From a virus (lineage: Duplodnaviria > Caudoviricetes): DNA of 48,269 nt. The stretch is taken from IMG/VR virus record IMGVR_UViG_3300005323_000056, positions 1 through 48,269 of that record, one strand, 5' to 3'. The translations under genes and the position numbers were made by a program. Numbering within the stretch: the stretch's first letter is position 1; the number at the start of each line of letters is the position of its first letter. Shown here piece after piece: positions 28,614 to 37,570 of the stretch. A model generated the notes under the pieces. That model saw only the letters and a program-made list of their open reading frames with translations, did no database searches and had not been told where the DNA came from.

Positions 28614-29453
28614 TTACTCACTTAGTTTGATGACATCCTCATCGGTCAGTTTTTTATGGAACCTGCCTTCAAGGTAGCTTTTAATTTTCATTTGTTCAGC
28701 ATTGAGTTTCGTTCGTACAGGAGCCGCCGCAGACCTTATAGACTTGGCAACCGAATTGTCACCTGCAACAGCATCTTCTTTCAGGGCATTGATTGCACGT
28801 TTCTCTTTCTCAGTCATTTCAGAACCATACAGTCCTTTGCAAATCTGCTCTACTGTCATGACTCCTGTTTCCGATGCCCTCATGATCTTGTCCAGATCAT
28901 TGTCCGCTTCGGGATACTGAGAAAGCACTTTTCTATGCTTCTTTTCAAACAACAGGACTTCAACCTGCTTTTCCAAGACCGACTGCTTGACTTCTTTTGA
29001 TGCGCGTTTTGTCGCTTCCTTTTCGTCAAGACCTTCCTCATCCATGATCTGTTTTGCAAGATCCTTTACGGAATCGGCGGCGGCCTTATCTTCAAGCTTT
29101 TTCTGCAACTCTGCCTTTTCAAGATCACGTTTCTTGATCTCGTTTTTCAAAGCGCGGATTTTCCTCTGTTCCTTTGTCAGCTGTTTAGCCTTTGGCTGTT
29201 CAGGTTCATCTTCCGGTTGTTCGTCTTCCGATTCGTCCAACTCAACCGCAATGTCCTCTTCCGTATCCTCGGTTTCAGCGTCATTGTCATTGTCCGCAAC
29301 ATCTTCCACATCATCGTCATCAGCATCGTCAGCGTCTTCAACGTCCTCGTCATGCTTTTTCGATGGTGAAACCTCGATTGCAGACACTTCATTGTCAACA
29401 ACAGAGAATTTGATTTTGTCCTGTTTTTCAGGTTTTTCAAGGTTCTTTGCCAT
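28614..29453 (-). CDS. Scaffolding protein
   Basis: Very acidic N-terminus, coiled coil, position upstream of the capsid gene. Confidence 0.75.
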   Translation of the reverse strand: MAKNLEKPEKQDKIKFSVVDNEVSAIEVSPSKKHDEDVEDADDADDDDVEDVADNDNDAETEDTEEDIAVELDESEDEQPEDEPEQPKAKQLTKEQRKIRALKNEIKKRDLEKAELQKKLEDKAAADSVKDLAKQIMDEEGLDEKEATKRASKEVKQSVLEKQVEVLLFEKKHRKVLSQYPEADNDLDKIMRASETGVMTVEQICKGLYGSEMTEKEKRAINALKEDAVAGDNSVAKSIRSAAAPVRTKLNAEQMKIKSYLEGRFHKKLTDEDVIKLSE

Positions 29454-29520
29454 ATATATTCTCCTTCTTAACCGTCAGAAATGACGTATGTAAGGATTTC
29501 GGCTCCTTACCGGCCTTAAT

Positions 29521-29547
29521 AAACAAAAAGCATGATTGAATCATGCT
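29521..29547 (-). terminator. Intrinsic terminator upstream of the scaffold gene
   Basis: Minus strand agcatgatt-c-aatcatgct followed by ttttgttt. Confidence 0.5.
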
Positions 29548-29596
29548 ATCTGTCATCTTGAGTATATAACGCTTGTCAAGCAAATTATGAATATCG

Positions 29597-30208
29597 CTAT
29601 GCGTTTACCTCTGCAACAACTGCTTTCTTGCGCCTGTTTGCATTGCTTACCAGTTGTTTTGCCTTGCTTGCTTCTGCCGTAGCCTTGCGCTTCTCTTCCC
29701 TTTGCTCCTGAACCGCCTCATACCTTGCCGCCTTAACAAGCGACTGCAATGTTTCCGTTTCAGACTTGCCTATAAGCCGGTAGTCTCCGTTAAGAACATT
29801 GCACTCAACCGCTTCCTGCTCCAGTTTTTCACGATTTTTCACATCGACCTTCTCAACGGGGATTTCATCAAACATGATATAAAGAATTTCATTATCAGGG
29901 AAAACCTCTGCCAACACAGTCTTGCCAAGTTCCGTTATCAAGGTAGGATCTGGCAGATAAAACGCCCTGATCTTTTCGGGAACAATCTTATCCCGGCAAC
30001 CCCAGAACCCATACTCCTTGAAATAACCAAGCATCAGGCATCTTCCGCCAAGAAACTGATTAGTCTCATAGCCGAAAGCGCCAATGGCGCGAACGGACTT
30101 GTCGCCATCTGCATTGACATCATTCCATGTGTGAACCTTGCCGTTAAATGTGTTTGTAGGTATGAACATCGGGAAAACCAACTGCTTCTTGTTTTTCGGG
30201 TTAATCAT
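29597..30208 (-). CDS. Hypothetical protein
   Basis: 203 aa; AAGGAG RBS; basic coiled-coil C-terminus. Confidence 0.7.
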   Translation of the reverse strand: MINPKNKKQLVFPMFIPTNTFNGKVHTWNDVNADGDKSVRAIGAFGYETNQFLGGRCLMLGYFKEYGFWGCRDKIVPEKIRAFYLPDPTLITELGKTVLAEVFPDNEILYIMFDEIPVEKVDVKNREKLEQEAVECNVLNGDYRLIGKSETETLQSLVKAARYEAVQEQREEKRKATAEASKAKQLVSNANRRKKAVVAEVNA

Positions 30209-30687
30209 ACTGCTTTCTCCTTTATCCTTTTTTCAAGCCTGTAATTTGCCTGTCTTATCAACTTTTCAGCCAATGCGTCCGTAGCGATAATCAACTCATA
30301 ATCCACCGTTGCAGGTGCGCGTTTTCTCAGTTCCATCAAACACCAGTCATACAGGATAACCGGATCTTCCGTAACCGTTCCGCACTTCTTGCACTTGCAA
30401 ACGCCAATCAGCGAACCATCTTCCCTTTTCTTAAGTGTTCCATCCTCGTTCTTCGCACAATCAAAGTACATGGCAAGAGCTTCACAATGATTGCATACTG
30501 GATACTTCAAAATATCGAACGATGTTATTCCGCACATGGCAAGCTGTTCTATCAACGGATTGCCTTCAAAGATCTTCTTGGCAAACGCCGGATAATAATC
30601 TTTAAGTATTTTAAGAACGCCTATGGTATGTGCGTTTGACTGTGTCAAAAGGTTGTCCATTGCGTCATATCTTGTTTCCGAACTCAT
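30205..30687 (-). CDS. Hypothetical zinc-finger protein
   Basis: CNHC...CKCKKCG. Confidence 0.7.
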   Translation of the reverse strand: MSSETRYDAMDNLLTQSNAHTIGVLKILKDYYPAFAKKIFEGNPLIEQLAMCGITSFDILKYPVCNHCEALAMYFDCAKNEDGTLKKREDGSLIGVCKCKKCGTVTEDPVILYDWCLMELRKRAPATVDYELIIATDALAEKLIRQANYRLEKRIKEKAV

Positions 30688-30700
30688 ACTTATTCTCCCG

Positions 30701-32623
30701 TTATATAACTATATTACGATTGTCACCGCCAGCAACCGCAGGAACGGTTGACTGTAGGTTTTCAGGCTGAACCTGCTGTGGTTTTTGAACGGTATTGTTG
30801 TTGCCAACAGGGTTCATCCCTGTAAGCGCCTGTTGGTCGAACATGGCATTTTCCAAACTGCCCTCTTCTGTTTCAGTCCTTAGTTTGATTCCCAAAGTTT
30901 CTTCCATCAGTTCAATCCAGCGTTCAGGGGTTATGGCAGGAATGACTCCACCTTGAGCGGTCTTGAGCAACACGCCAGCAAGGCCCATGAGGATATTGTA
31001 CATATCCGTCTTGCCCCTTGCAATGCCCTTGCCAATGAATACCTTTGTGTCAAAGTCAATGTCAGTATAAATCAACTCGCCTTTGTCGTCTTTTGCAAGG
31101 TCTGTCTGCTGTTTGTTCCTTTTGAAGAACTTGAAGATATTGGAACGTTTCTCAATCTTTTCCACCACATCGTTTCTTGCAGGAATGGCAGACGGCCCCT
31201 TAATCATGCTTTGAGGATCTACAAACGTTCTGGAAGCGGCATAGTCATGACCCAGGTTAGACCAGAAAGGCTTGTCCCAGTACTGCATACAAAGTTTCAG
31301 GCAATACCTGTCAGTCCATTCCATAGCCCTTGCAATGTCCGATTTCTTGTCGTTGATTCCAACCGAACCCTGCATCATCTGGCTATTGATCTGAGTTGCG
31401 GTAGCTGACACTCCCTGCTGGTTTCCCGTCATGATCTGCGCAAACCTTGTCGCTTCGGGAGCAAAGTCCCTGATCATCTGGATCATCTGGATAACCACAG
31501 GATTGATGCCCATTGCCTGAAGAACCTTGATGTTCTCGTTAGGGTTATTGCATACGGCAATATCCGCAGGGTTGCTGGTAAGCTGGTCAACGCCCATCTT
31601 GCCCTTAGGGTCTACAATGACCTTGCCTTGAGCAGAAAACCTGCAAGCAAGCTCCATTTCGTCCATCAGGTTATTCAAGCCTTCCTGCAATTTCTTCAGC
31701 AAGGTTCCGTCACCATGACCGTAAAACTGCCCTTCAACAGGCATCATCCTTGAGAAGTAAAAAGGATACTCATTCTCAACATAAGTGTAATACGGCTCTT
31801 TAGGATCTGAATATCTCAGGACAAACCCGTCACTGGTCATTTCAATCAACTGAAGATTGCCCGGTTCGTTGCTTCTTGTCCACACATGAAGCAAGATGAA
31901 TGAATAACTGTCATCAAGGGATTCATCAGGGTCAGTACCCTCATAGCGGTTATAACCAATGGAAATGGCATTGCCCTTGTCCTCGCCATAAGTCCTTTTT
32001 GCCCAACCCAAAGTCTGAAAGCCTATTTCATGAATGATGTACTCTGCATACTGAATATCCTTAACGTCCTTAATTCTTCCGTCAACCATGACTGAAAGCA
32101 AAGGGCATACCGTCAGTTTGGGAAAACCAACAGGCTTTCCTTTAACAACGGCAAACCGGTTCTCCCATGCTGGAGTAATGCAGGCTGTGCCTATAAGGTC
32201 ATATTTCCTTGTATAGTCCTTGAAATAATCGAGAAATCGGTTCTGACGTCTGGCAAACTCGCTTGCGGCGTCATACTGAACCATAAACTGTGACTGACCA
32301 GGATTGTTGGTTGCGTGAGAAAACTCTATTCCGCCTTCTATGATAGATGCTGTCTGACCTTCCACGCAAGGCGTAATGATCGGGAAGAAGTTGTTTGGAT
32401 AGTCCTCGTCATCGGAAACGGCATCCCTCTGGCAACCATACAACTCCCAAAGCCTGTCCCAATAGTCCTTGTTTTTGGATATTTCTGCTTGACGTTGAGA
32501 GTACAAATCGCTGTAATACTTGCCCATTTCAAACTCTTCATCAGTCATCAGGTCTTGCCAAGCCTGAATACCTCGCTGATCATTCTGCTTTTCGGCATAA
32601 GTCTGAATTTCTTTGACTTCCAT
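30701..32623 (-). CDS. Portal protein (P22-like)
   Basis: 640 aa after TerL; N...P.VE...A, DP/DG..DIQYAEYIIHE, YPF, FYG.G...LKKLQ..LN, SATATQI. Confidence 0.85.
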   Translation of the reverse strand: MEVKEIQTYAEKQNDQRGIQAWQDLMTDEEFEMGKYYSDLYSQRQAEISKNKDYWDRLWELYGCQRDAVSDDEDYPNNFFPIITPCVEGQTASIIEGGIEFSHATNNPGQSQFMVQYDAASEFARRQNRFLDYFKDYTRKYDLIGTACITPAWENRFAVVKGKPVGFPKLTVCPLLSVMVDGRIKDVKDIQYAEYIIHEIGFQTLGWAKRTYGEDKGNAISIGYNRYEGTDPDESLDDSYSFILLHVWTRSNEPGNLQLIEMTSDGFVLRYSDPKEPYYTYVENEYPFYFSRMMPVEGQFYGHGDGTLLKKLQEGLNNLMDEMELACRFSAQGKVIVDPKGKMGVDQLTSNPADIAVCNNPNENIKVLQAMGINPVVIQMIQMIRDFAPEATRFAQIMTGNQQGVSATATQINSQMMQGSVGINDKKSDIARAMEWTDRYCLKLCMQYWDKPFWSNLGHDYAASRTFVDPQSMIKGPSAIPARNDVVEKIEKRSNIFKFFKRNKQQTDLAKDDKGELIYTDIDFDTKVFIGKGIARGKTDMYNILMGLAGVLLKTAQGGVIPAITPERWIELMEETLGIKLRTETEEGSLENAMFDQQALTGMNPVGNNNTVQKPQQVQPENLQSTVPAVAGGDNRNIVI

Positions 32624-32626
32624 AAT

Positions 32627-32854
32627 TTACTTCATCCCTTCATCTTTTGGGTGCATGGATTTGAAATACTTCATGTCGAAAAGCCCAGTATCAGGATTAA
32701 TGAAAGCTCCAGCGCCCTTTTCCGACACCTCAATTATATCATGATTATCAAGAGGTTTTAGACGCTGTAGCTCCGCAAGCAAAAGATTGACCTTTTCCTC
32801 AAGACTGATGATCCTTGTGAACACGTCCTTGATGTTTATCTCGTTATCTGGCAT
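32627..32854 (-). CDS. Hypothetical protein
   Basis: AGGAGGAG RBS; lies between TerL and portal. Confidence 0.6.
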   Translation of the reverse strand: MPDNEINIKDVFTRIISLEEKVNLLLAELQRLKPLDNHDIIEVSEKGAGAFINPDTGLFDMKYFKSMHPKDEGMK

Positions 32855-34547
32855 ACTTTGATCTCCTCCTCACTTCCTTCTTGAACCGGTTTTCATGCTC
32901 AAGCATATAGTTGTCTGCAACCTCTCTGTCAATCTTACCTTTTGCAACAGCTATCTCCAGTTCGCCTTTCGTCCAGTAACCCGTAATCACCTTGATTTCT
33001 GCTATCTCATAACCCACCTGCTGTTCTTTCGCCTTCAATAAGATCGACCATGCAATGACCAGATCGTCATGAGCACCAGGTTCTGCGCCCATGAAAATGT
33101 TCTTGTTCTTCTTGTCCTGCCTTGTAAACGACTGCATTTCCAGCAACGTTTCCACATCGTAATACTTATCCATGTTATGCTTTGACCATGCAATGTTATT
33201 GTCAATGATGGACTGCCTGTTACCGCTGGTAGTCCTGAACCCCAGTTTTTGCTCCATAGTATCGTGATAATCGTCCTTTGGAGACTCCCTTTGATAAATA
33301 TTCTGATAACCCCATTCCTTCAGCTTGAATATGGGATAATCCGAGAAGTTCACTTCAGGTGCTATCAAGGCGTCATTGTACAGTTTCAGCAAGCCATAAA
33401 CCTGTATCATGCAATGGTCTGCACTGTCAAAAGACCGGAACACGGCTACCTGCTCATCCGTGATATTATCGCAGACCTGCAAAACATACGGGTCAATGCC
33501 CTCGCCAGCGGTATCCAATGCCGCAACATAAGGATGCTTGGGATTGGGCATGAAATAAATGAGTGTTTCCCCAGTGTCGCTTTCCTCAGGATGAACCGTT
33601 GATATGACCGGCATGTCCCTGTCATCGGCAGTATACGCAAAATTGACTTTTGTTGGCGGATTATTCTGATGATAATCCTGCAAAAACTCAAGCCTTGCGG
33701 CAATCTTGTTGGCATTGAACACGGATTCTCCGGCAGTTCCAGGCAGACCAAGACATTCAGTACGGTACTTGTAAGGATTGGAATACTTCAGCCTTTCCAG
33801 TTTCGCAGCATACGCACCTGGCTTGGAATAATCGGCTGTTCCATCTTTGTTCAGCTTGAAATTCCATTTATTGTCCTTGTATGTTGAGTGATGAATCAGG
33901 CAGTCAGAAGTTACCATAACTCCTTCAACCAATGTTTCAATGGTATAAGTCCTTGTATTGGGCGTTCCGTCAAAGTTTAGGGCTGTTTTCATCCAATGAA
34001 AGATCCAGAAGGTAGCCAAAGGCGGGTTGAAGGAAACGATAACCCGGCATTTCATGCCATAAGAGCGAATGGACGTGTCCAAAGTGATCAGGTTTTCCTC
34101 AATGGGTTCCTCTGTAAGTTCTTCATACCATAAATCAGTTGCGTTCCCATGCTTGAAAGTCAATGACTTGACATTTTCAACCTTGTCCATTCCTGTAAAG
34201 ATGATCTCGCTGTGAGTGACCTTGTTGTACATGCGCATATCCGGGTTTTCGCGGATATCCCAAACGCCTTCCAGATGAAACTCATAAATGACCTTGTAAA
34301 TCTCGGCAAAGCACGAGTTTCTACAGTCAGTAGCCTGTTTCCTCATGGCTACGAGGTTCCTATGCTCCAATGTTGACAACTGCAACACCAATCGTTGCGC
34401 TATTACCTTTGACTTTCCGCTGCCACGGCCGCCCCAAAACACCTCATAATTAAAAATCTTATACAAATACGGATAAAACGCGGGATTGAACACATTCTCG
34501 CTGATATTTATCTCATATCTTGGGGCCATTGCCGAGGCTTTTGTCAT
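32844..34547 (-). CDS. terL: Terminase large subunit (PBSX-like N-terminal ATPase)
   Basis: Walker A GGRGSGKS, F.GMD..E..KS, WYEE.TE Walker B, SFNPP, HSTYKDN, nuclease LDTAGEG.D...HDDLVIA. Confidence 0.95.
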   Translation of the reverse strand: MTKASAMAPRYEINISENVFNPAFYPYLYKIFNYEVFWGGRGSGKSKVIAQRLVLQLSTLEHRNLVAMRKQATDCRNSCFAEIYKVIYEFHLEGVWDIRENPDMRMYNKVTHSEIIFTGMDKVENVKSLTFKHGNATDLWYEELTEEPIEENLITLDTSIRSYGMKCRVIVSFNPPLATFWIFHWMKTALNFDGTPNTRTYTIETLVEGVMVTSDCLIHHSTYKDNKWNFKLNKDGTADYSKPGAYAAKLERLKYSNPYKYRTECLGLPGTAGESVFNANKIAARLEFLQDYHQNNPPTKVNFAYTADDRDMPVISTVHPEESDTGETLIYFMPNPKHPYVAALDTAGEGIDPYVLQVCDNITDEQVAVFRSFDSADHCMIQVYGLLKLYNDALIAPEVNFSDYPIFKLKEWGYQNIYQRESPKDDYHDTMEQKLGFRTTSGNRQSIIDNNIAWSKHNMDKYYDVETLLEMQSFTRQDKKNKNIFMGAEPGAHDDLVIAWSILLKAKEQQVGYEIAEIKVITGYWTKGELEIAVAKGKIDREVADNYMLEHENRFKKEVRRRSKYAR

Positions 34548-34549
34548 AA

Positions 34550-34834
34550 TCAGACTACCGTTAACAGAACCCTGTCATCTTCCAGGTGCCGGACAATGCA
34601 TCTTGCAATGACGTGCCAGTCCGTTTCCCTGATGACCTCGCATGAAAGATGAACAATCTTAGTGAACCAATCGCCGGTTATTGTCCTGCAACCAATGGAA
34701 ATGTTTTCGTATGGAATGATTGAAGTATAGTCCCTTTTAACCTCAACATTGGCAAAATAGCCCTTGTCCTTCATGATCTGTTCTGTAACAACCGTCTGAA
34801 ACATCAGTTTATCCTTCGAGGTCATCTTCGTCAT
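34550..34834 (-). CDS. Hypothetical protein
   Basis: 94 aa between TerS and TerL. Confidence 0.55.
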   Translation of the reverse strand: MTKMTSKDKLMFQTVVTEQIMKDKGYFANVEVKRDYTSIIPYENISIGCRTITGDWFTKIVHLSCEVIRETDWHVIARCIVRHLEDDRVLLTVV

Positions 34835-35411
34835 CCACCCTTTCCAAAGGCGTAACGCCCGTATCCACTACATAAGGCTGGTTCTCAACTGTAATGTTCA
34901 CCTGAACCATGTTGACGCCGACTACAGGCGCGTTCTCCTTGTACTCAGGCATTCTTGCCTTCAAGCAAGCCAAAGCCACAGCATCAGCCCTGCTGTCGTT
35001 AATGGCCTTTGCCCACAGCTTGTCCTCAAGCATGCTTGCTTCCAGCTTCCTCAATGCTTCAACACAGCACACATAAACACTGTTCTTGTCGCATTCCTCT
35101 TCCCAAAGCATGGGTTGCATGGTGTCAATCTCCAAAGCCTTGCAAGCATCCTTTGTAGACAGCCCGGACATTCTCATGTTCAAATAAACGACCTGCTGAG
35201 AGGTTATCTCAACAGGTTCGCCATTAACTCCGTAAACCTCGTCAAGACCGCTTTTCAAGATCTTGCCGTTGTTCTTCCTCTTTTCATGAATCAGCATTCC
35301 ATAGCGAATCAAGGCGCTGGTATAGTCAACATAATCCTCAGGATTATGCGAAACCTCAGGTTCTTTTAAAGCAATCTCAACATCTGCGTCTTTCTTAGGC
35401 CATCTTGGCAT
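34809..35411 (-). CDS. Putative terminase small subunit
   Basis: HTH-like GLSTKDACKALEID...WEE, then LEDKLW..A...LKARMPEYKE; upstream of TerL. Confidence 0.65.
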   Translation of the reverse strand: MPRWPKKDADVEIALKEPEVSHNPEDYVDYTSALIRYGMLIHEKRKNNGKILKSGLDEVYGVNGEPVEITSQQVVYLNMRMSGLSTKDACKALEIDTMQPMLWEEECDKNSVYVCCVEALRKLEASMLEDKLWAKAINDSRADAVALACLKARMPEYKENAPVVGVNMVQVNITVENQPYVVDTGVTPLERVDDEDDLEG

Positions 35412-35443
35412 GATTCATAACCTCAGCAAAAATAAAAAGACAA

Positions 35444-35704
35444 TCACTTGTCTTTTCCATGAATGGGAACAACCTTGTCAACTGTTACATCTTTCATGTC
35501 AACCTCAGGCAGTTCGCCTGAACGAATAACCTGCTCTATAGCCGACCTGACGCCAAGAGCCATGCCCTCATATGCCACCTGATTAGTCATCAGCGTCTGA
35601 ATCTCTTTCTTCCTTTTGTCAATCGCTACAGCGCATTCGTCACGCTTTTGATAATAGCCCTTTTCCATCAGTTCCAGCTCTTGAACAATCTTCTCTTCCA
35701 TCAT
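35444..35704 (-). CDS. Hypothetical coiled-coil protein
   Basis: ATGA-coupled with the upstream gene. Confidence 0.6.
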   Translation of the reverse strand: MMEEKIVQELELMEKGYYQKRDECAVAIDKRKKEIQTLMTNQVAYEGMALGVRSAIEQVIRSGELPEVDMKDVTVDKVVPIHGKDK

Positions 35705-35970
35705 GCTTCCCCTTCCAAATCCGATTCATTGTCAATAAATTCTTTATTCAACTTGACATATCTGAGACTTGCCTCCAACTGAATGTACCCAGCGACCATA
35801 GACATATTACAAGGGCTTGCATTGACATAACCAGTAGAATACTTCCCATCTTTATAAACCATGCCAAAAACAAAACAATCCACATTTTCGCCATTTGGCG
35901 CACGCGATATGGAATCCAATACCGCCTCGATAATTTCAGAATGCTTGTCCTCTACCTGAAATACTTTCAT
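35701..35970 (-). CDS. Hypothetical protein
   Basis: 89 aa in the late operon. Confidence 0.6.
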   Translation of the reverse strand: MKVFQVEDKHSEIIEAVLDSISRAPNGENVDCFVFGMVYKDGKYSTGYVNASPCNMSMVAGYIQLEASLRYVKLNKEFIDNESDLEGEA

Positions 35971-35972
35971 GA

Positions 35973-36050
35973 TTATTCAACCCCATGAACCGGCTTGCGC
36001 TCAACTGGCTTATCTACCGGCTTTGCCACCGGCTTCCCTTTCTTTGCCAT
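35973..36050 (-). CDS. 25-aa KPV-repeat microprotein (not in ORF track)
   Basis: MAKKGKPVAKPVDKPVERKPVHGVE; GAGGTGAAAGGGA RBS; stop 2 nt before the next ATG. Confidence 0.55.
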   Translation of the reverse strand: MAKKGKPVAKPVDKPVERKPVHGVE

Positions 36051-36162
36051 TCCCTTTCACCTCTTTCTTTCCCCTGTAATACACACAGTCAGTCCTTGTA
36101 CACTTTCCATCCTCTCCCCTGAACGGACAAAACCTTATTTCTTCACATACCGCATACACCAT
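36010..36162 (-). CDS. Cys-rich 50-aa protein, possibly leaderless
   Basis: MVYAVCEEIRFCPFRGEDGKCTRTDCVYY...; ATG 7 nt after the -10 box. Confidence 0.4.
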   Translation of the reverse strand: MVYAVCEEIRFCPFRGEDGKCTRTDCVYYRGKKEVKGNGKEREAGGKAGR

Positions 36163-36169
36163 ACTTATC

Positions 36170-36197
36170 ATTCTATACCCATGACATCCCTTGTCAA
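36170..36197 (-). promoter_or_regulatory. sigmaA-like promoter of the packaging/virion arm
   Basis: Minus strand TTGACA-N16-TAGAAT. Confidence 0.7.
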
Positions 36198-36299
36198 TAC
36201 TTTTTCCGTACATGAAAACAATATGATATCATTTTCAAGGGAATTAATATTTTGTGGGTAATACATACAGAATAAACCGGTGGCCTAATGTCACTGGTA

Positions 36300-36735
36300 G
36301 CCCGTGGTCATGGCCATACCATGCCATGAATCATGACATAAATAAATAACAATAGCATGATGCCCTATAGATAAATATCATGGCCATGACATAGCACAAT
36401 CTGATCTGGATCTATCATGCAACATCTGCCTGGAGCTCCTTGGATACATCCATGCCTTGATCATTCATGTATCATGATGTATATAGATATCCACATCATG
36501 AGTTCATATGACCATGACATGTAATATTGAATATGACATGATATGATATTGATAATGATGATATATCATAATAGATATGCTTAGATATGATTATAAATAT
36601 CACGTCATATCATATCCTGGATAAATAGACATCACATAGAATAATAGATATATCATTAATCATAATCATGATACATGAGAACATGAGATATCAATAGATA
36701 TATATAGATATAATATATATATAGATAGATATCAA
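36300..36735. repeat. CATG/ATAT-rich non-coding block between the divergent arms
   Basis: About 18 CATG counted by hand in 36309-36686; no ORF of 60 aa or more. Confidence 0.8.
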
Positions 36736-36783
36736 GGAAATCAGGAGAATTATGAACAATTTATGAACATTTAATAAAATGGC

Positions 36784-36811
36784 TTGACTACTTATGAATA
36801 CATGATATTAT
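36784..36811 (+). promoter_or_regulatory. sigmaA-like early promoter
   Basis: TTGACT-N16-TATTAT with TGn extended -10. Confidence 0.7.
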
Positions 36812-36883
36812 TGGCTTATAGAGCATTTGAAATTATCAGATCAGGTTAAACGGGATACAGGCTAAGGCCGGGAGGAAATTATC

Positions 36884-37159
36884 ATGAAAAAAGTTATTGA
36901 TTTACGTTTAAATTATTTCGACCATAAAACCGATATGAATGACTTAATGAAACAAGAGTTTTATGCAGCAAAGAAATTTGTTTTTAGCTTGAGATATCCA
37001 GAATACTATGAAGAACAATCGTTGCCCTTAAGCCCTAAAGATCACAATGTATTTTACCCACTGGCAACCTATAGAGTAAAAACAGCTCGCGGCAATTTCA
37101 AATGGATCAATATTTATGCGCAAGGGTTAGGCGGGATGATAATAACAGATGAAATTTGA
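36884..37159 (+). CDS. Early hypothetical protein
   Basis: GGAGG RBS; first gene after the early promoter. Confidence 0.7.
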   Translation: MKKVIDLRLNYFDHKTDMNDLMKQEFYAAKKFVFSLRYPEYYEEQSLPLSPKDHNVFYPLATYRVKTARGNFKWINIYAQGLGGMIITDEI

Positions 37160-37166
37160 CCAATAA

Positions 37167-37216
37167 GCCCGAAACGCCGCAAGGCGTCTGACCGTTATGC
37201 GGTCACTGATGAGGGC
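37167..37216 (+). ncRNA. Hammerhead ribozyme (type II)
   Basis: gccc-GAAA-cgcc(gcaa)ggcg-UC-ugaccg(uuaug)cgguca-CUGAUGA-gggc; full catalytic core, three intact stems, GUC cleavage triplet ending at 37188. Confidence 0.92.
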
Positions 37217-37239
37217 AACAAATACAGGAGGGCAAAATC

Positions 37240-37464
37240 ATGAAAAAGCAATCATTCAATTTTTATCTGGTCAAAACTCAGTTTCACGGCGGCGGGTTGA
37301 TTAGCCGTCACGCAACGCTTGAAGCCGCAGAGAAGGCCGCTAAAAAATGGAGCGTGCCGGGCTGCACTTGTGGTTGTTGTGATGTTGTCACGCCGGCAGA
37401 ATATGAAAAGCTGCCAACTGTTCAGGCGTGCCGCTGGCCGGATATGCTCTGCCGGAAGGGATAA
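37240..37464 (+). CDS. Early hypothetical protein
   Basis: AGGAGG RBS; FHGGGLISRH.TLEAAEKA...CTCGCC. Confidence 0.7.
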   Translation: MKKQSFNFYLVKTQFHGGGLISRHATLEAAEKAAKKWSVPGCTCGCCDVVTPAEYEKLPTVQACRWPDMLCRKG

Positions 37465-37465
37465 G

Positions 37466-37496
37466 AAAAGGGAGCGGTTTGCTCCGCTCCTTTTTC
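37466..37496 (+). terminator. Intrinsic terminator within the early region
   Basis: ggagcgg-tttgct-ccgctcc followed by ttttt. Confidence 0.75.
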
Positions 37497-37570
37497 CTTC
37501 ATTTTTCGGTTATGAGTGCGTTATCAATCCAATATATCAGCTATGATTGAATAACAGAAATGGAGTTATT

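Noticed and set aside
29574-29579. Minus-strand TTGACA upstream of the scaffold gene as a sigmaA promoter
   Set aside because: No -10 hexamer at 16-18 bp; TATACT is too close. It could be activator-dependent, but that is unsupported.
10184-35369. Numerous plus-strand ORFs in the virion arm (and minus-strand ORFs in the early arm)
   Set aside because: They are antisense shadows of well-supported genes, with no RBS or recognisable motifs.
36300-36735. CRISPR or mini-array in the repetitive block
   Set aside because: There is no constant repeat with unique spacers, only short palindromic words.
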